Of a stretch of 32,000 nt of DNA, positions 29,976-32,000 are shown piece after piece. Numbering within the stretch: the first letter of the stretch is position 1; each line of letters opens with the position of its first letter. The stretch comes from Candidatus Saccharimonadota bacterium. Its GTDB lineage: Bacteria; Pseudomonadota; Gammaproteobacteria; Enterobacterales; Enterobacteriaceae. The translations under genes and the position numbers were made by a program. The notes below the pieces were generated by a model that worked only from the letters and a program-made list of their open reading frames with translations, ran no database searches and was not told the DNA's origin. Location: NCBI GenBank assembly GCA_000217635.1, contig CP001817.1, positions 300,001-332,000 on the forward strand, written 5' to 3'.

Positions 29976-30944
29976 TTATGAAAAAAACAAAAATTTGTTA
30001 ATATGATCCTGGGAACTATAAAATGAATAATATTTTTTACAAAATATTTTTTTCATACAAACTTGTAATAATATTTGATGATTTAATAATTTTACAGATG
30101 CTAAAACAATACCTGCATTATATATATTTTTCATTTTATCACGATGTTTTATTGACGAACCAACAATAGGTAAAATATCTGACTTACCAATTAAAATTTG
30201 AATATCTAGTTTATTAATTTTTTTCTTTTCATAACGAAATAATACTTCTTGTCCATAGTAACAACCTTTATTAAAACAAATAGCATTCCAATAATTTAAA
30301 TTTAAAGATTGAGGTAAAAATCTTCCACAAGTTAATATATTCATAAGCGGAAAATTAGATTCAATTTCTAAAGATTTCCATTGTAAATCATTACTAATTA
30401 ACATATTTTTTGCTATTGAGTTAAAAAATACATAAGATTTTCTGGTCATACAAATCATTAAAAATCTTTCTGTCGGAAATTCTAATCGTAAAATAATTAC
30501 ATCATCATAATAAATAATATTATTACTTTTAGTCGGTAAAGAACTAAAATAGTTTAGTAGTATATTTTTAATTCCAAAACCAGCAAAACCAAATAAAATT
30601 ATGTTTTTATTTAAAAAAATATCAACTTTTGAAAAAATAGAATATTTTTTTAATTCATTTATTTGTTTTAATGCAATTTCCGATTGTATAATATATGCAT
30701 AATCCTTTTTATATTTTAGTAATAATAATGGACTCCAAACTTTTCCATTATAATTACAGTGTGCACCAACTTGATATGTATTATGATTTACTGTATTTAC
30801 ATCTAATGTAAATTGCTGATTTAAATATTGAATACTATCTATTCCTGTAACATTTACAATACACCAATTTTTTAAAAACATAATTGTCGCAGGGAGTTGT
30901 TTATTTAAAAATACTGTATTATTATATAAATTTAATAATGTCAT
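29976..30944 (-). CDS. ygfZ: tRNA-modifying / folate-binding protein YgfZ
   Basis: L......W....V.G.DS..YL..Q.T.DV, AHCN..GK.WS, ELKKY..FSKV, ER.L, W..LEIE..FP and the signature KGCYYGQE are colinear with E. coli YgfZ. ATG 30944 has an AAGAGAG Shine-Dalgarno-like element upstream. The track's TTG at 30974 adds 10 codons. Confidence 0.85.
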   Translation of the reverse strand: MTLLNLYNNTVFLNKQLPATIMFLKNWCIVNVTGIDSIQYLNQQFTLDVNTVNHNTYQVGAHCNYNGKVWSPLLLLKYKKDYAYIIQSEIALKQINELKKYSIFSKVDIFLNKNIILFGFAGFGIKNILLNYFSSLPTKSNNIIYYDDVIILRLEFPTERFLMICMTRKSYVFFNSIAKNMLISNDLQWKSLEIESNFPLMNILTCGRFLPQSLNLNYWNAICFNKGCYYGQEVLFRYEKKKINKLDIQILIGKSDILPIVGSSIKHRDKMKNIYNAGIVLASVKLLNHQILLQVCMKKIFCKKYYSFYSSQDHINKFLFFS

Positions 30945-31228
30945 AATAAAAACTCTCTTAAATGTTATATACAATAAATTTAATTATATATAATACAATA
31001 TTTTTTTTTCAATAAAAAAATATATTAATAAAATATATATTTGTATCTAATACAATATATATAATATATATGACACACATTAATTATTTATATAATATAT
31101 TATATATAATAGAATAAATTTTTTCATAAAATGAAAATATTTCTAATGAAATTATAAAATAAAATTCTAAGAATCAATAAATAATATTTAAACATAATAC
31201 AATCAATTATAAACATCTGAGAAATATC

Positions 31229-32000
31229 ATGTTAGAATTTTCAATAATAAAAAAAAAGACAAAGCAGCTGAATAATAAAATAAAATATTTAACGAGGACT
31301 CTTGAATACAAAAAAAACAAAAAAGAAATCAAAAAAATTAATAATAAACTGAAATCGCCAGTTATCTGGAGAAATAATAAAACACTTCATTGTTTGCAAA
31401 AGGAAAAAATATTAAATAATTTTATAAAAAAATTAAAATATTTAATAGAAAATATACAAGATATAAAAGTATGGATAGATATCTTATCAAATGATTATGA
31501 TAATCATATCATATCTGAAATTAATATAAAATTTAAAATAATAGAGAAAATTATAAAAAAATTAGAAATCTATCAATTATTCTCGAATCATTATGATCAA
31601 AATAATTGTTATATTGATATTCAATCTGGATCTGGAGGATTAGAAGCTCAAGATTGGGCTAAAATGTTATTACGAATGTATATTAAATGGGCTGATATAA
31701 AAAATTTTTCTGCTGTTGTGATAGAAGAATCGATAGGAGAAATAGCAGGAATTAAATCCGCTACAATTAAAATAAAAGGAAAATATGCATTTGGATGGTG
31801 CCGCACAGAATCAGGTATACATCGATTAGTCCGTAAAAGTCCTTTTGATATGAGTAATAAAAGACATACATCATTTTGCTCAATATTTATTTATCCGGAA
31901 ATAAAAAAAAATAAAGAAATTATTCTTAATGCTTCTGATCTAAGAATTGATGTATACCGAGCATCTGGAGCAGGCGGACAACATGTCAATTGTACTGAAT
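31229..32000 (+). CDS. prfB: Peptide chain release factor 2 (runs off the right edge); no canonical +1 frameshift site, and the frame is interrupted around the GGQ segment as read
   Basis: My own translation from ATG 31229 gives MLEFSIIKKKTKQLNNKIKYLTRTLEYKKNKKEIKKINNKL...CYIDIQSGSGGLEAQDWAKMLLRMYIKW...GIHRLVRKSPFD...FIYPE, colinear with E. coli RF2 and including the SPF motif. DLRIDVYRASGAGGQ lies in the -1 frame (31921-31980), and HVNCTE is back in frame from 31982. The zero-frame stop is at 31940-31942. The ORF is not in the supplied track. Confidence 0.88.
   Translation, partial: MLEFSIIKKKTKQLNNKIKYLTRTLEYKKNKKEIKKINNKLKSPVIWRNNKTLHCLQKEKILNNFIKKLKYLIENIQDIKVWIDILSNDYDNHIISEINIKFKIIEKIIKKLEIYQLFSNHYDQNNCYIDIQSGSGGLEAQDWAKMLLRMYIKWADIKNFSAVVIEESIGEIAGIKSATIKIKGKYAFGWCRTESGIHRLVRKSPFDMSNKRHTSFCSIFIYPEIKKNKEIILNASDLRIDVYRASGAGGQHVNCTE

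Overview
This window is extremely AT-rich and gene-dense, with no long repeats that I could see by eye. It looks like a reduced gammaproteobacterial insect endosymbiont. The gene order is ftsH-rlmE-greA / rplU-rpmA-obgE / rpsI-rplM / pheA / ffh / rpsP-rimM-trmD-rplS / tldD / aroQ / rluD / alaS-csrA-tRNASer-tRNAArg / rsmE / zapA-rpiA / tRNAMet-Leu-Gln / glnS / eno / polA / engB / typA / ygfZ / prfB. This follows E. coli operon blocks and, from memory, fits Buchnera aphidicola best; the lineage call is an inference, not a database result. I can support 29 protein genes (2 of them edge-truncated), 5 tRNAs, 5 GC-containing 3' hairpins and one promoter candidate. I found no mobile elements, CRISPR arrays, prophage or defence or biosynthetic islands, and no novel gene cassette. 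The unusual signal is a set of single-nucleotide indels, mostly in A/T runs. They put conserved C-terminal peptides of rlmE, rpmA, obgE and polA (and probably the true stop of engB) out of frame. One pair forms a compensated frameshift inside typA. Another pair puts the GGQ motif segment of prfB out of frame, with a zero-frame stop between the two indels. prfB has also lost its canonical programmed +1 frameshift site, and no gene in the window uses TGA. Because the breaks sit at gene ends or are compensated, real selection-filtered mutations seem more likely than random sequencing error, but read-level checks are required. All homology statements rest on my recollection of E. coli proteins; I ran no searches. 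The 237-codon prfB ORF (31229..31942) is readable in the sequence but missing from the supplied ORF track.
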